Source: Candidatus Latescibacterota bacterium (GTDB taxonomy: Bacteria > Latescibacterota > UBA2968). From it: DNA of 64,000 nt. The notes beneath the pieces were generated by a model, which ran no database searches, had not been told where the DNA came from, and worked only from the letters and a program-made list of their open reading frames with translations. Below, piece by piece: positions 52,220 through 60,981 of this stretch. Where the stretch lies: the NCBI GenBank assembly GCA_965204745.1, contig OZ242010.1, forward strand, positions 5,376,001-5,440,000, in the 5' to 3' direction. Position numbers and translations under genes: made by a program. The first letter of the stretch is position 1. Each line of letters opens with the position of its first letter.

Positions 52220-55200
52220 ATGAATAACAACATCAGAGAACAAATTGAGCATGCCTTGGGCGCGCTGGCGGATGGGGATTTTGTGGTGGGGGCGCGAGAC
52301 ATGCTCGCGGTGCTCGGTTATGAGAGCACGCGCACCTTAGACATCTCGGGCAAGGTGAATGAGTTTATTGCTCAATTCCCCGCGCCAAACGAGAACACGC
52401 AGACCGAGCAAGTGTTCCGCGAGAACGCCCGATCCATTCGGATTCTCTTTCAGGTGACGGATACTGAAATCGCAACGGTGCAAAGGACCGCTAGCTTTGA
52501 CCGCGGCAATGCGCGGAGTTTCTTGTTCGCCGCCGTCGAACTAAACGGCAAAACCTATTCGCGTGGGCAATACGCCCAATTCACCCGCGAGATCAACAAG
52601 CGGATCAACATGCCGACGGTGGTGCTGTTCAAGGCCGCAACCGATCTGCTGACCCTATCCTTTGTTCACCGCCGCGAACACAAGCGCGATTCCAACCGCG
52701 ATGTGCTCGGTCATGTGTCGCTGATCCGAGAGATCGATCCCATCAAGCCGCATCGCGCTCACTTAGATATTTTGTCCGATTTGTCGCTACCGCAACGCTT
52801 GCAATGGATGAACGCCCATGACAAGCCGCACAATTTTGATGGCCTGTTAGCCGCTTGGCTCAACGCGCTGGATACCGAGGTGCTGAACAGGCGATTTTAC
52901 GGGGATTTGTTCGGCTGGTTTGAACGCGCCATCCGCGAGGCCACCTTCCCGTCTCGTCAGAAGCGGACGTTGCCACCGGAAGAACATATCATCCGCTTGA
53001 TCACTCGGTTGATGTTCGTTTGGTTCATCAAGGAGAAAAGGCTGATCGCAGAGGATCTGTTCATCGAGGAGCGAATCGCCAGGTTGCTGAAAAACTATGA
53101 CCGCGACGCGGGCGATTCGTATTATCGCGCTGTGTTGCAAAATCTGTTTTTCGCCACCCTGAACACCGAGCGCGACAGACGCGGTTTTAGCGCGGGGAGC
53201 AACGCCACGCACCGAGATTTCTCCCGCTATCGGTACGAGAACGAGATCGCTACTCCCGACCAGTTGCTCGCCCTGTTCGATCAAACGCCGTTCATCAATG
53301 GCGGCCTGTTCGATTGCCTCGACAGCGAGGAGGCCACCCGCGCTGGCGGCTATCGCATCGACTGTTTCACCGACACCCCCGGTCAACGTCGCGACTATTC
53401 TATCCCCAATCGCCTGTTCTTCGACGACGATGGGCTGATTCCCCTGTTCAACCGCTACAAGTTCACGGTGGAGGAGAACACGCCTGTCGAGCAAGAAGTC
53501 GCGCTTGACCCCGAGCTTCTCGGCAAGGTGTTTGAGAATCTCCTCGCCGCGTACAATCCAGAGACACGCGACACCGCCCGCAAGCAGACCGGCTCGTACT
53601 ACACGCCGCGCCCTGTGGTGGATTACATGGTGGATGAGGCATTGGTCGCGGCATTGGCGCAGGCGTGTTCGCCAAGCGATAGCGACACAGATTTTTGGCA
53701 AGATCGATTGCGCTATTTGCTGGACTACGAGGATGCGTTCAACGACGCCCATGAACTGTTTGAGGAAGGGGAAACCGCGGGCATTGTGCGGGCGATTTCC
53801 GAGATTAAAGTGCTCGATCCTGCGGTCGGTTCGGGCGCGTTTCCAATGGGCATGTTGCACAAGATGGCGATGGCCTTGCGTCGTCTTGATCCAGACAACC
53901 AACGCTGGGCCACCTTGCAAAAAGAACGCGCCCGCACAAAGGCAGACGCGGCGTTTGATACGAAAAATCAGCGAGAACGCGATGCCGAGTTGCTGGCGAT
54001 CAGCGACACGTTTGAGCGGTATTCGGGCGACTTTGGGCGCAAGTTGTATCTGATTCAAAACAGCATTTTCGGCGTGGATATTCAGCCTATCGCCACGCAG
54101 ATCGCCAAGCTGCGATTTTTCATCTCCCTCGCCATCGAGCAAGAGCCGGACGAGACCGCGGACAACTTCGGCATCAAGCCCTTGCCCAATTTGGAAACGC
54201 GCTTTATCGCCGCGGATACGCTGATGCAACTCAAGGCCGCAGATCAACTGGACTTGTTCCGCCAACAGATTGATGCCCTAAAAACAAAACTGACGGAGAA
54301 CCGCGAGCGACATTTTCACGCGACCACGCGACGCAAAAAACTCGCATGCAGAGATGCGGACAACCAGTTGCGCCGCGCATTGGCAGACGAACTCAACGCT
54401 GCCGGCCTTCCCGAAGATGATGCGAAGAAAATCACGCATTGGGATCCCTACGACCAAAACGCCAAAGCCGACTGGTTCGACCCCGAGTATATGTTCGGCA
54501 TCGCAGACGGGTTCGACATCGTGATCGGCAATCCGCCGTACATCCAGTTGCAGAAAAACAGAGGGGAATTGCGCCGCCGTTACCAAACCGCTGATTTTGA
54601 AACCTTTGCCGCCACCGGCGACATCTACCAACTGTTCTACGAGAAAGGTTGCCAACTGCTTATGCCACAGCACGGCCTGATCGCTTATATCACGTCCAAC
54701 AGTTGGCTGAAGGCGCAATACGGCAAATCCACGCGCCGCTATTTCGCCGAGCAACACACGCCCCTGCAATTAGTGGAAATGGGCAAGGATGTTTTTGAAA
54801 ACGCCATCGTTGACACCAACATTCTGATAGCGCGCAGCGGCAAAAACGATGCGATCTGCAAGGCGGTGGACATAGATCGCCTTCCCGATAAAGCCTTCCC
54901 GCCGGCCGAAAACCTTTGGGGACAGTTGCGTCCGCGAAAGGACAGGCCATGGAGCGCGATGTCGGTCATAGAGCAGTCGATTATGGACGAGATGGAGGCG
55001 ATTGAAACGCCGTTGAAAGAGTGGGATGTGGTTATCAACTATGGGATCAAGACTGGCTACAACAACGCCTTCATTATCGACGATGAGACCAAAGAGGAGT
55101 TGGTTGCCGCAGATCCGAAATCCGCCGAGATTATCAAGCCCGTGTTGCGTGGCAGGGACATTCAGCGATGGCGAGCGGAGTGGGCGGGCTTGTGGCTGGT

Positions 55201-56116
55201 TGATACACACAACGGATATGACGATGTTTCCGCCATCAACATTGAGGACTACCCAACCATCAAAAACCATCTGGACGAATTCTATCCTCAACTGGAAAAG
55301 CGGCAGGACAAAGGCAAGACGCCGTACAATCTACGCAACTGCGCTTATCACGAGGATTTTCAAAAAGAAAAGCTGTTCTGGATGGACCTGACAGAGCAAG
55401 GAAGATTTGCGTATGATGCGGGGGAAATGTTTTGCGTGAATACGGCTTTTATGATGTCTGGGCAAGCAATCAAGTATCTGTGTGCGATTCTTAACTCTCG
55501 GCTGATCACTTGGTTTATGCGGAATACGGCACTCAATTCTGGTATGGGCGTGCCCCGATGGATTCGCAGTTCGGTTGAAACCATCCCCATTCCCAAGATC
55601 ACCGCTGATAGGGACGCCCTCATCTCGACCATCGTCGATTATATCCTTTACCTCAAGAAGCAACCCTCTACGGATGGCAAAAATTTAGCGTATGCCCGCG
55701 ACTACCTAATGGTCAAGTATTTTGAGCGAATAATCGACGGACTGGTTTATGAACTCTACCTGAGTGATGAACTGCATCGCGCTGGCAAGTACTTCTTCAA
55801 GCCGTTGCAGGACGAGCAGTTGCCCTCTATTGAGGAAATCACCGGCGATAAAATGTCTGCACTCCGCGCCATCTTTGAGCAGTTGTTTGACAGAAAACAT
55901 CCCGTGCGGAAAAACCTTTTCTTTTTGAATAGTTTGGAAATCATCCGCATCATTGAGGGGAAAGAGGAACTGAAAATCCAACGTCGGCCAGAACGCGACC
56001 CCCTACTGGCATTAGCAGGCACATTGACTTGTGATGTCACAGATATCGGCGAGAGACACGACGAATATATCGGGCAAGCGTTGCAAAAAGAAATGCGAGG
56101 CGTTGATAATGAATGA
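52220..56116 (+). CDS. Eco57I/TaqI-type adenine methyltransferase (Type IIG-like RM protein) with antitoxin-like C-terminal extension
   Basis: GSYYTP, LDPAVGSGAF, IGNPPY, GIKTG.N.AF and YNLRNCAY motifs; about 50 extra residues after IRIIEGK. Confidence 0.9.
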   Translation: MNNNIREQIEHALGALADGDFVVGARDMLAVLGYESTRTLDISGKVNEFIAQFPAPNENTQTEQVFRENARSIRILFQVTDTEIATVQRTASFDRGNARSFLFAAVELNGKTYSRGQYAQFTREINKRINMPTVVLFKAATDLLTLSFVHRREHKRDSNRDVLGHVSLIREIDPIKPHRAHLDILSDLSLPQRLQWMNAHDKPHNFDGLLAAWLNALDTEVLNRRFYGDLFGWFERAIREATFPSRQKRTLPPEEHIIRLITRLMFVWFIKEKRLIAEDLFIEERIARLLKNYDRDAGDSYYRAVLQNLFFATLNTERDRRGFSAGSNATHRDFSRYRYENEIATPDQLLALFDQTPFINGGLFDCLDSEEATRAGGYRIDCFTDTPGQRRDYSIPNRLFFDDDGLIPLFNRYKFTVEENTPVEQEVALDPELLGKVFENLLAAYNPETRDTARKQTGSYYTPRPVVDYMVDEALVAALAQACSPSDSDTDFWQDRLRYLLDYEDAFNDAHELFEEGETAGIVRAISEIKVLDPAVGSGAFPMGMLHKMAMALRRLDPDNQRWATLQKERARTKADAAFDTKNQRERDAELLAISDTFERYSGDFGRKLYLIQNSIFGVDIQPIATQIAKLRFFISLAIEQEPDETADNFGIKPLPNLETRFIAADTLMQLKAADQLDLFRQQIDALKTKLTENRERHFHATTRRKKLACRDADNQLRRALADELNAAGLPEDDAKKITHWDPYDQNAKADWFDPEYMFGIADGFDIVIGNPPYIQLQKNRGELRRRYQTADFETFAATGDIYQLFYEKGCQLLMPQHGLIAYITSNSWLKAQYGKSTRRYFAEQHTPLQLVEMGKDVFENAIVDTNILIARSGKNDAICKAVDIDRLPDKAFPPAENLWGQLRPRKDRPWSAMSVIEQSIMDEMEAIETPLKEWDVVINYGIKTGYNNAFIIDDETKEELVAADPKSAEIIKPVLRGRDIQRWRAEWAGLWLVDTHNGYDDVSAINIEDYPTIKNHLDEFYPQLEKRQDKGKTPYNLRNCAYHEDFQKEKLFWMDLTEQGRFAYDAGEMFCVNTAFMMSGQAIKYLCAILNSRLITWFMRNTALNSGMGVPRWIRSSVETIPIPKITADRDALISTIVDYILYLKKQPSTDGKNLAYARDYLMVKYFERIIDGLVYELYLSDELHRAGKYFFKPLQDEQLPSIEEITGDKMSALRAIFEQLFDRKHPVRKNLFFLNSLEIIRIIEGKEELKIQRRPERDPLLALAGTLTCDVTDIGERHDEYIGQALQKEMRGVDNE

Positions 56117-56524
56117 GGTATTCGTAGATACGTCGGGATGGGCTAGCTTTTTTGTCGTACTGAACCTCATCATGCGAAAGCCATCGAGTTGATGACGCAG
56201 TGGCAACAACAAAACGGGCGCGTGGTCACGACAAACTACATCTTGAGTGAATTAGCCGCCCTCTTTACGAGTCCCTTACGTGTACCAAGGTCGACAATTC
56301 TGGATTGTATTCAGACCATCTGCTCACGGCCTTGGGTCGAAGTTGTCCACATTGACCTGTCCTTAGACGAGGCGGCATGGAAGTTATTCGGAGACCGATT
56401 GGATAAAGAATGGAGCCTCGTGGATTGTGCGAGTTTTGTCGTGATGCAACAGCACGGCTTGACCGACGCCTTGACGGCGGATCACCACTTTGAACAAGCT
56501 GGCTTTGTCCGCCTGCTAAAATAA
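56109..56524 (+). pseudogene. PIN-domain (VapC-like) toxin with a 1-nt frameshift near codon 15-16
   Basis: ATG 56109 gives MNEVFVDTSGWASFF; the shifted frame continues RTEPHHAKA...TTNYILSE...SLVDC.SF..M...LT.DHHFEQAGF. Confidence 0.85.
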
Positions 56525-56595
56525 TTCATCCATGAAGTCGCTCCCTACTCAACCCCAGCGCAAGAAGCCTACAACACCGCCGCCTATCCAACCCC

Positions 56596-57414
56596 TAAAT
56601 CCTGCAAATCCTGATCCAGACAAATGACGCAGAGATCGCGGATTGAGGAAGCGCAGGTGGGGCGGAGGGCGCGGGTAACTGTCTGAATCGCGGATTAAAC
56701 GGATTACGCGGATGAACGCGGATTGGGTTGGCAGGTAGGGCAGAGGGCGCAGATGACACAGACGCCGCAAGTAGGGCAGAGGATGTGGATTGGGGAAGCG
56801 CAGGTAGGACAAAGGTCGCAGGTGGTGCGAAGGACATAGCGGGGGCAGGGGGTAGCGGGGTAATCCGTGAAATCCCCAAATCCGCGTAATCCGCGATTCA
56901 GACAAATGACGCAGAGATCGCGAATTGAGGAAGCGCAGGTGGGGCGGAGGGCGCGGGTAACTGTCTGAATCGCGGATTAAACAGATTACGCGGATGAACG
57001 CGGATTGGGTTGGCAGATAGGACAGAGGATATAGCAGACACAGACGCCGCAAGTAGGGCAGAGGACGCGGATTGGGAAAGCGCAGGTAGGACGAAGAATG
57101 CAGAGGGCATGAAGGACATAGCGGATGCGGGGAGTGATGGGTAATCCGCGTAATCTCCTAATCCGCGAAAATCCGTGATTCAGACAAGGGGTGGACGCAG
57201 ATTGGACAGTGCAGGTGGCACGAAAGACACAGCGGGGGCAGGGGGGAGCGGGGTAATCTGTGAAATCCCCAAATCCGCGAAAATCCGCGATTCAGACAAG
57301 GGGCAGAGGACGCGGATTGGACAGTGCAGGTGGTACGAAGGACACAGTGGTTGTGAAGGGCGGCGGGTTTTAATCCGCGTAACCCCCAAATCCGCGTAAT
57401 CCGCGATTCAGACA
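56596..57414. repeat. Tandem array of family D elements (two 282-bp units plus two ~115-bp half units)
   Basis: CAGACAAATGACGC at 56617 and 56899; repeated ends AATCCG(C/T)GATTCAGACA. Confidence 0.9.
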
Positions 57415-57440
57415 ATAGGTTTTTTATATCGGAGGTCAGA

Positions 57441-58223
57441 ATGACATTGAACGAGCGACAGAAGCGATTTTTTTACGAACAGGGTTATCTCAAGGTCGCG
57501 GGCGCGGTGCCGCGCGTGATGGTGGATGCGGCGCGGCAGGCGATCAACGCCGAAATCGGCAAGGGGAATGCCAATCCGTTTGCCGAAATCAACACCGCGC
57601 CGGTCATTGCGGATTTGTTCAATGAAACGCCCGTGTTTTCCCTGCTCGAATCCGCATTGGGAACGGGCAATTTGCAACGTTGTCGAGCGGGCGGCATTAA
57701 GCTCAATTTTCCGCGTCCCCCCGGCAGTTCGGCAGATGTATTGACGCGAGAAATTGGATGGGGCAGAAGTGGTGGGCATCTCGATGGGATCAAGGCCGTG
57801 GGCGACCGGTTGCGCGGGTTGCGCGATGATGGGACGTATAACCGCAATTTTACGTCGTTTGCCGTGGTGTATTTGGACGATGTGCCGGTGCCCAATGGTG
57901 GCAATTTTACCGTGTGGCCCAAGTCGCATCACTTTTTTGAAGATTATTTTCGGGAACACGGGCATCGCGTTTTGGACGATCACATGCCCCATGTCACCTT
58001 GCCCGAAGGCCCGGTCTTCGTGACTGCCGAGGCAGGAGATGTGATTTTTGCCCATCACGCAATGGTGCATACGGGCGGCCCCAACACCTCGCCCAATATC
58101 CGGTACGCGGTGATTTTCAGGGCGAAACACGCGCGGATCGACGACATTGGATTCGACGCGTTCACGGATATATGGCGCGAGTGGGATGGGGTGCGCGAAG
58201 CCGCGGGCATTGGGAAAAGATAA
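57441..58223 (+). CDS. PhyH-like Fe/2OG dioxygenase
   Basis: FYEQGY, HLD, GNFTVWP.SH, GDV...H...VH and IR.AV motifs; SD GGAGG. Confidence 0.85.
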   Translation: MTLNERQKRFFYEQGYLKVAGAVPRVMVDAARQAINAEIGKGNANPFAEINTAPVIADLFNETPVFSLLESALGTGNLQRCRAGGIKLNFPRPPGSSADVLTREIGWGRSGGHLDGIKAVGDRLRGLRDDGTYNRNFTSFAVVYLDDVPVPNGGNFTVWPKSHHFFEDYFREHGHRVLDDHMPHVTLPEGPVFVTAEAGDVIFAHHAMVHTGGPNTSPNIRYAVIFRAKHARIDDIGFDAFTDIWREWDGVREAAGIGKR

Positions 58224-58226
58224 ACG

Positions 58227-58763
58227 ATGCCGCGAAAGATAAGGGCGTTAATCCGACAACTCGAAAAGGCTCAATTCATCAATCGGGGTGGTAAAGGTAG
58301 CCATAGAAATTGCGAAACATCCAAAAGGGTGAAAGTCTTGTCGTTAATTTGTTGGTCATTGTTGATTGTTTGGTGTATGTTTTGTGTCGTATTTGTTCTT
58401 TGAAAAGTGAATCGGGATAGGCCGTTGCTGATAAAGACATGTCTGCGACAGCGACAACCAAGCGGCAGACCTAAAATCTCCTATCAGCGTAAAATCCACA
58501 GGAAGAATAGGAAATAATAGACTATTCACTTGCGCGGCTAGCTTGACCGAGCAAGTAAAAAACGGACGTGGAGGTGCTGTAAGACGGACAAGAGGTTGTA
58601 TGTGCTTGGACGCTGACCCGATGAAGCGTCAATTTCAGTTGGTCAACAATGATCAACAAGAAAGGAGCGGATGCGCGTCACAATTTCTGGCAAACTCGGT
58701 GATGATGCGAAACCCTACCAAGAAAAGGAAGTCAAAAGGAAAATTGAGGAGTCTCAACGATGA
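58227..58763 (+). pseudogene. hicA: HicA toxin split by a ~341-nt insertion
   Basis: MPRKIRALIRQLEKAQFINRGGKGSHRN... (58227-58329) plus MRVTISGKLGDDAKPYQEKEVKRKIEESQR* (58671-58763), overlapping the hicB start. Confidence 0.85.
58330..58670 (+). ncRNA. Candidate structured RNA / non-coding mobile insert
   Basis: 17-bp closing inverted repeat (58349-58365 / 58643-58659) and several internal stems; no long ORF; ends in AAAGGAG-CGG-ATG. Confidence 0.55.
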
Positions 58764-58996
58764 CTGAAAGTGCCCAGTACATCAAAATTGTCGAATGGTC
58801 GGACGAAGACCGATGTTTTATTGGGTATTGTCCGGGCATTATCGGTCCGTGTTGCCACGGGGACAATGAAATCGAAGTCTATCGGGCACTGTGCCAGATT
58901 GTCGATGAGTGGTTGGAAATCGCCCGCCGAGAAAACAAGGCATTGCCGCCCCCAACGATTGGCAGAAACGTCGCCAAATTGTTAATGCCAGCCTAA
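58760..58996 (+). CDS. hicB: HicB-family antitoxin
   Basis: Y..IVEWSDED..FIG..P......HG.....V...L......W........LP.P pattern; directly downstream of hicA. Confidence 0.85.
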   Translation: MTESAQYIKIVEWSDEDRCFIGYCPGIIGPCCHGDNEIEVYRALCQIVDEWLEIARRENKALPPPTIGRNVAKLLMPA

Positions 58997-59086
58997 CCCA
59001 AAAGCCGTAGCGATTGATGGCGCGAGTGGGATGGGGTGCGCGAAGCCGTGGGCATTAATTGTGAACCCTACCAAAAGGAGATCAGC

Positions 59087-59974
59087 ATGAAATCGGCGTC
59101 TGAATTTGATCGGGAACTGCTCGACCTTTACGACGAGTATGTGCATGGGCAAACGGATCGGCGGGGCTTTTTGAATCGCGCTGCGAAATTTGCCGTTGGC
59201 GGTGCGACAGCGGCTTCCATTCTGGACAGCTTGAAACCCAATTACGCGCTCGCCCAGCAAATCGCCACAGATGACGAGCGCATCAATGCGGACCATCGAG
59301 CCTATCCATCGCCAGACGGACACGACGAGACGCGCGGGTATCTCGTCGCGCCGGCGGGAACCGAGGGCAAAGTGCCCGGGGTGGTCGTTCTGCACGAAAA
59401 TCGGGGCTTGAATCCCTATATCGAGGATGTCGCGCGCCGCGTGGCCGTGGCCGGTTTTTTGGCCTTTGCCCCGGACGCGCTGGCGCCTTTGGGCGGATAC
59501 CCCGGCACGGATGACGAAGGGCGGCTCATGCAGCGGCAAGTGGATCGCGACAAGATGATGGCAGATTTTATCGCGGCTGCGCGTTTTGTGCATTCGCACC
59601 CCAAATGCACGGGCAAAGTCGGGGTGGTGGGGTTCTGCTTTGGCGGCGGCATGTCCAACGCGCTCGCGGTGAGCATCCCGGATATTATTGCCGCTGCCGT
59701 GCCCTTTTACGGGCGGCAACCCGCGGCTGAAGACGTGCCGAAAATCAAAGCCGCGTTGCTCATTCACTACGCGGAATTGGACAGGCGCATCAACCGGGGG
59801 TGGCCCGCGTACGAAGCCGCCCTCAAAGAAGCGGGCGTGACTTATACGGCGCACATTTACGAAGGCGTCAACCACGGGTTTCACAACGACACGACGCCGC
59901 GCTATGACGAGGCCGCTGCAAAATTGGCGTGGCAACGCACGATTGACTTTTTCAACGCGACATTGCGGGAGTAG
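59087..59974 (+). CDS. Dienelactone hydrolase family protein (YghX-like)
   Basis: [18 protein letters not shown] and HGFHND motifs; SD AAAGGAG. Confidence 0.92.
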   Translation: MKSASEFDRELLDLYDEYVHGQTDRRGFLNRAAKFAVGGATAASILDSLKPNYALAQQIATDDERINADHRAYPSPDGHDETRGYLVAPAGTEGKVPGVVVLHENRGLNPYIEDVARRVAVAGFLAFAPDALAPLGGYPGTDDEGRLMQRQVDRDKMMADFIAAARFVHSHPKCTGKVGVVGFCFGGGMSNALAVSIPDIIAAAVPFYGRQPAAEDVPKIKAALLIHYAELDRRINRGWPAYEAALKEAGVTYTAHIYEGVNHGFHNDTTPRYDEAAAKLAWQRTIDFFNATLRE

Positions 59975-59991
59975 TGGATCTGAAAATCCGC

Positions 59992-60020
59992 TTGACAATC
60001 GCTTTGGATTCACATAGCTT
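59992..60020 (+). promoter_or_regulatory. Putative tRNA promoter
   Basis: TTGACA-17 bp-TAGCTT upstream of the tRNA. Confidence 0.6.
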
Positions 60021-60046
60021 GTCCGCCACAAATACAGCGCGAGGGT

Positions 60047-60123
60047 GGGCGATTAGCTCAGGTGGTTAGAGTGCTTGCTTGACATGCAAGAGGTCACTGG
60101 TTCAAGTCCAGTATCGCCCACCA
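60047..60123 (+). tRNA. tRNA-Val(GAC)
   Basis: Acceptor stem GGGCGAT/ATCGCCC, anticodon arm CTTGC-TTGACAT-GCAAG, T-loop TTCAAGT, encoded CCA. Confidence 0.97.
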
Positions 60124-60133
60124 TTAAAACGAC

Positions 60134-60172
60134 AAAATGGGTTACGCTACTCAGCGTGACCCATTTTTTTTT
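60134..60172 (+). terminator. Intrinsic terminator after the tRNA
   Basis: ATGGGTTACGCT-ACTC-AGCGTGACCCAT hairpin followed by a T run. Confidence 0.85.
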
Positions 60173-60238
60173 GGTCGTGTTGACATTTTATTTTTTTCAC
60201 GTTACGCACAGATTAGCAAGATTAGCAAATGTGTTGCT

Positions 60239-60496
60239 TGCTCATTTAAGGCGTTTGGTCCTACAGCCTCGTTGGTTGCCTCCGATGCCTTCGGCGACCT
60301 ACTTTTTTTCAACAGCAAAAAAAAGTAGGCAAAAAATGCCGCTCTCAAACGCCGAGAGGCTTGCACAGCGCAAATCGCTTTTGTAATAGGACGATATGCG
60401 CCAGCCTGCAAAGTGGGTTGCGAGATGGACGTTGGTTGCGAGACGGACTTGCGCGCTGTGCCTGATGGCTTTAGCTGATGGGCTTTTGCGATGGCA
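60239..60496. repeat. Family C repeat (copy 2, empty site)
   Basis: Co-linear with 49593-49877 but lacks the 28-nt insert. Confidence 0.85.
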
Positions 60497-60589
60497 TTTG
60501 TTGTGATGCCTTATTTGAACTGCGGAACGTCCGTGAATACGATGAGCGTGGTAGCAAAAGCGAGAGTGCTGAAGGAGCGACTGTCCGAA

Positions 60590-60676
60590 TTTCTCAAACC
60601 GAGAGCATATTCTGCGATAGGGCTAATTTTTTTCATAAACCGCCCCATCTAGTTGCATTGCTCGTAAATGTCAACA
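60590..60676 (-). mobile_element. IS5-family-derived remnant (family B, copy 3)
   Basis: Matches 27854-27957 and the reverse complement of 31330-31428. Confidence 0.65.
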
Positions 60677-60778
60677 TACCCCCCTACACACGGCTCGCCT
60701 TTGAATTGGCTGTTGTACCCCGCTCGTGGCTAATCGCCTCGTGTGGCTCACTTCAGGTTGGGTGGTTGGGTGGGGACT

Positions 60779-60981
60779 GACTACTGACTACTGACTACTG
60801 ACTACTGACTACTGACTACTGACTACTGACTACTGACTACTGACTACTGACTACTGACTACTGACTACTGACTACTGACTACTGACTACTGACTACTGAC
60901 TACTGACTACTGACTACTGACTACTGACTACTGACTACTGACTACTGACTACTGACTACTGACTACTGACTACTGACTACT
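60779..60981. repeat. (GACTACT)29 perfect heptamer array
   Basis: 29 exact 7-bp units counted directly. Confidence 0.97.

Larger units (their letters stand above)
58172..59056 (+). mobile_element. hicAB cassette flanked by 40-bp direct repeats
   Basis: ATGGCGCGAGTGGGATGGGGTGCGCGAAGCCG(C/T)GGGCATT at 58172-58211 and 59017-59056. Confidence 0.75.

Noticed and set aside
56596-57414. Possible CRISPR array (recurring ~47-bp unit)
   Set aside because: Intervening sequences are homologous to each other and uneven in length, the repeats are degenerate, and no cas genes are present
58329-58672. Canonical group I or group II intron in hicA
   Set aside because: Starts GTGAA rather than GTGYG, and no recognisable domain V or group I P7 pairing was found by eye; kept as an unclassified structured insert
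60047-60780. Integrative element at tRNA-Val
   Set aside because: No integrase, and no duplicated tRNA 3' end seen in the window
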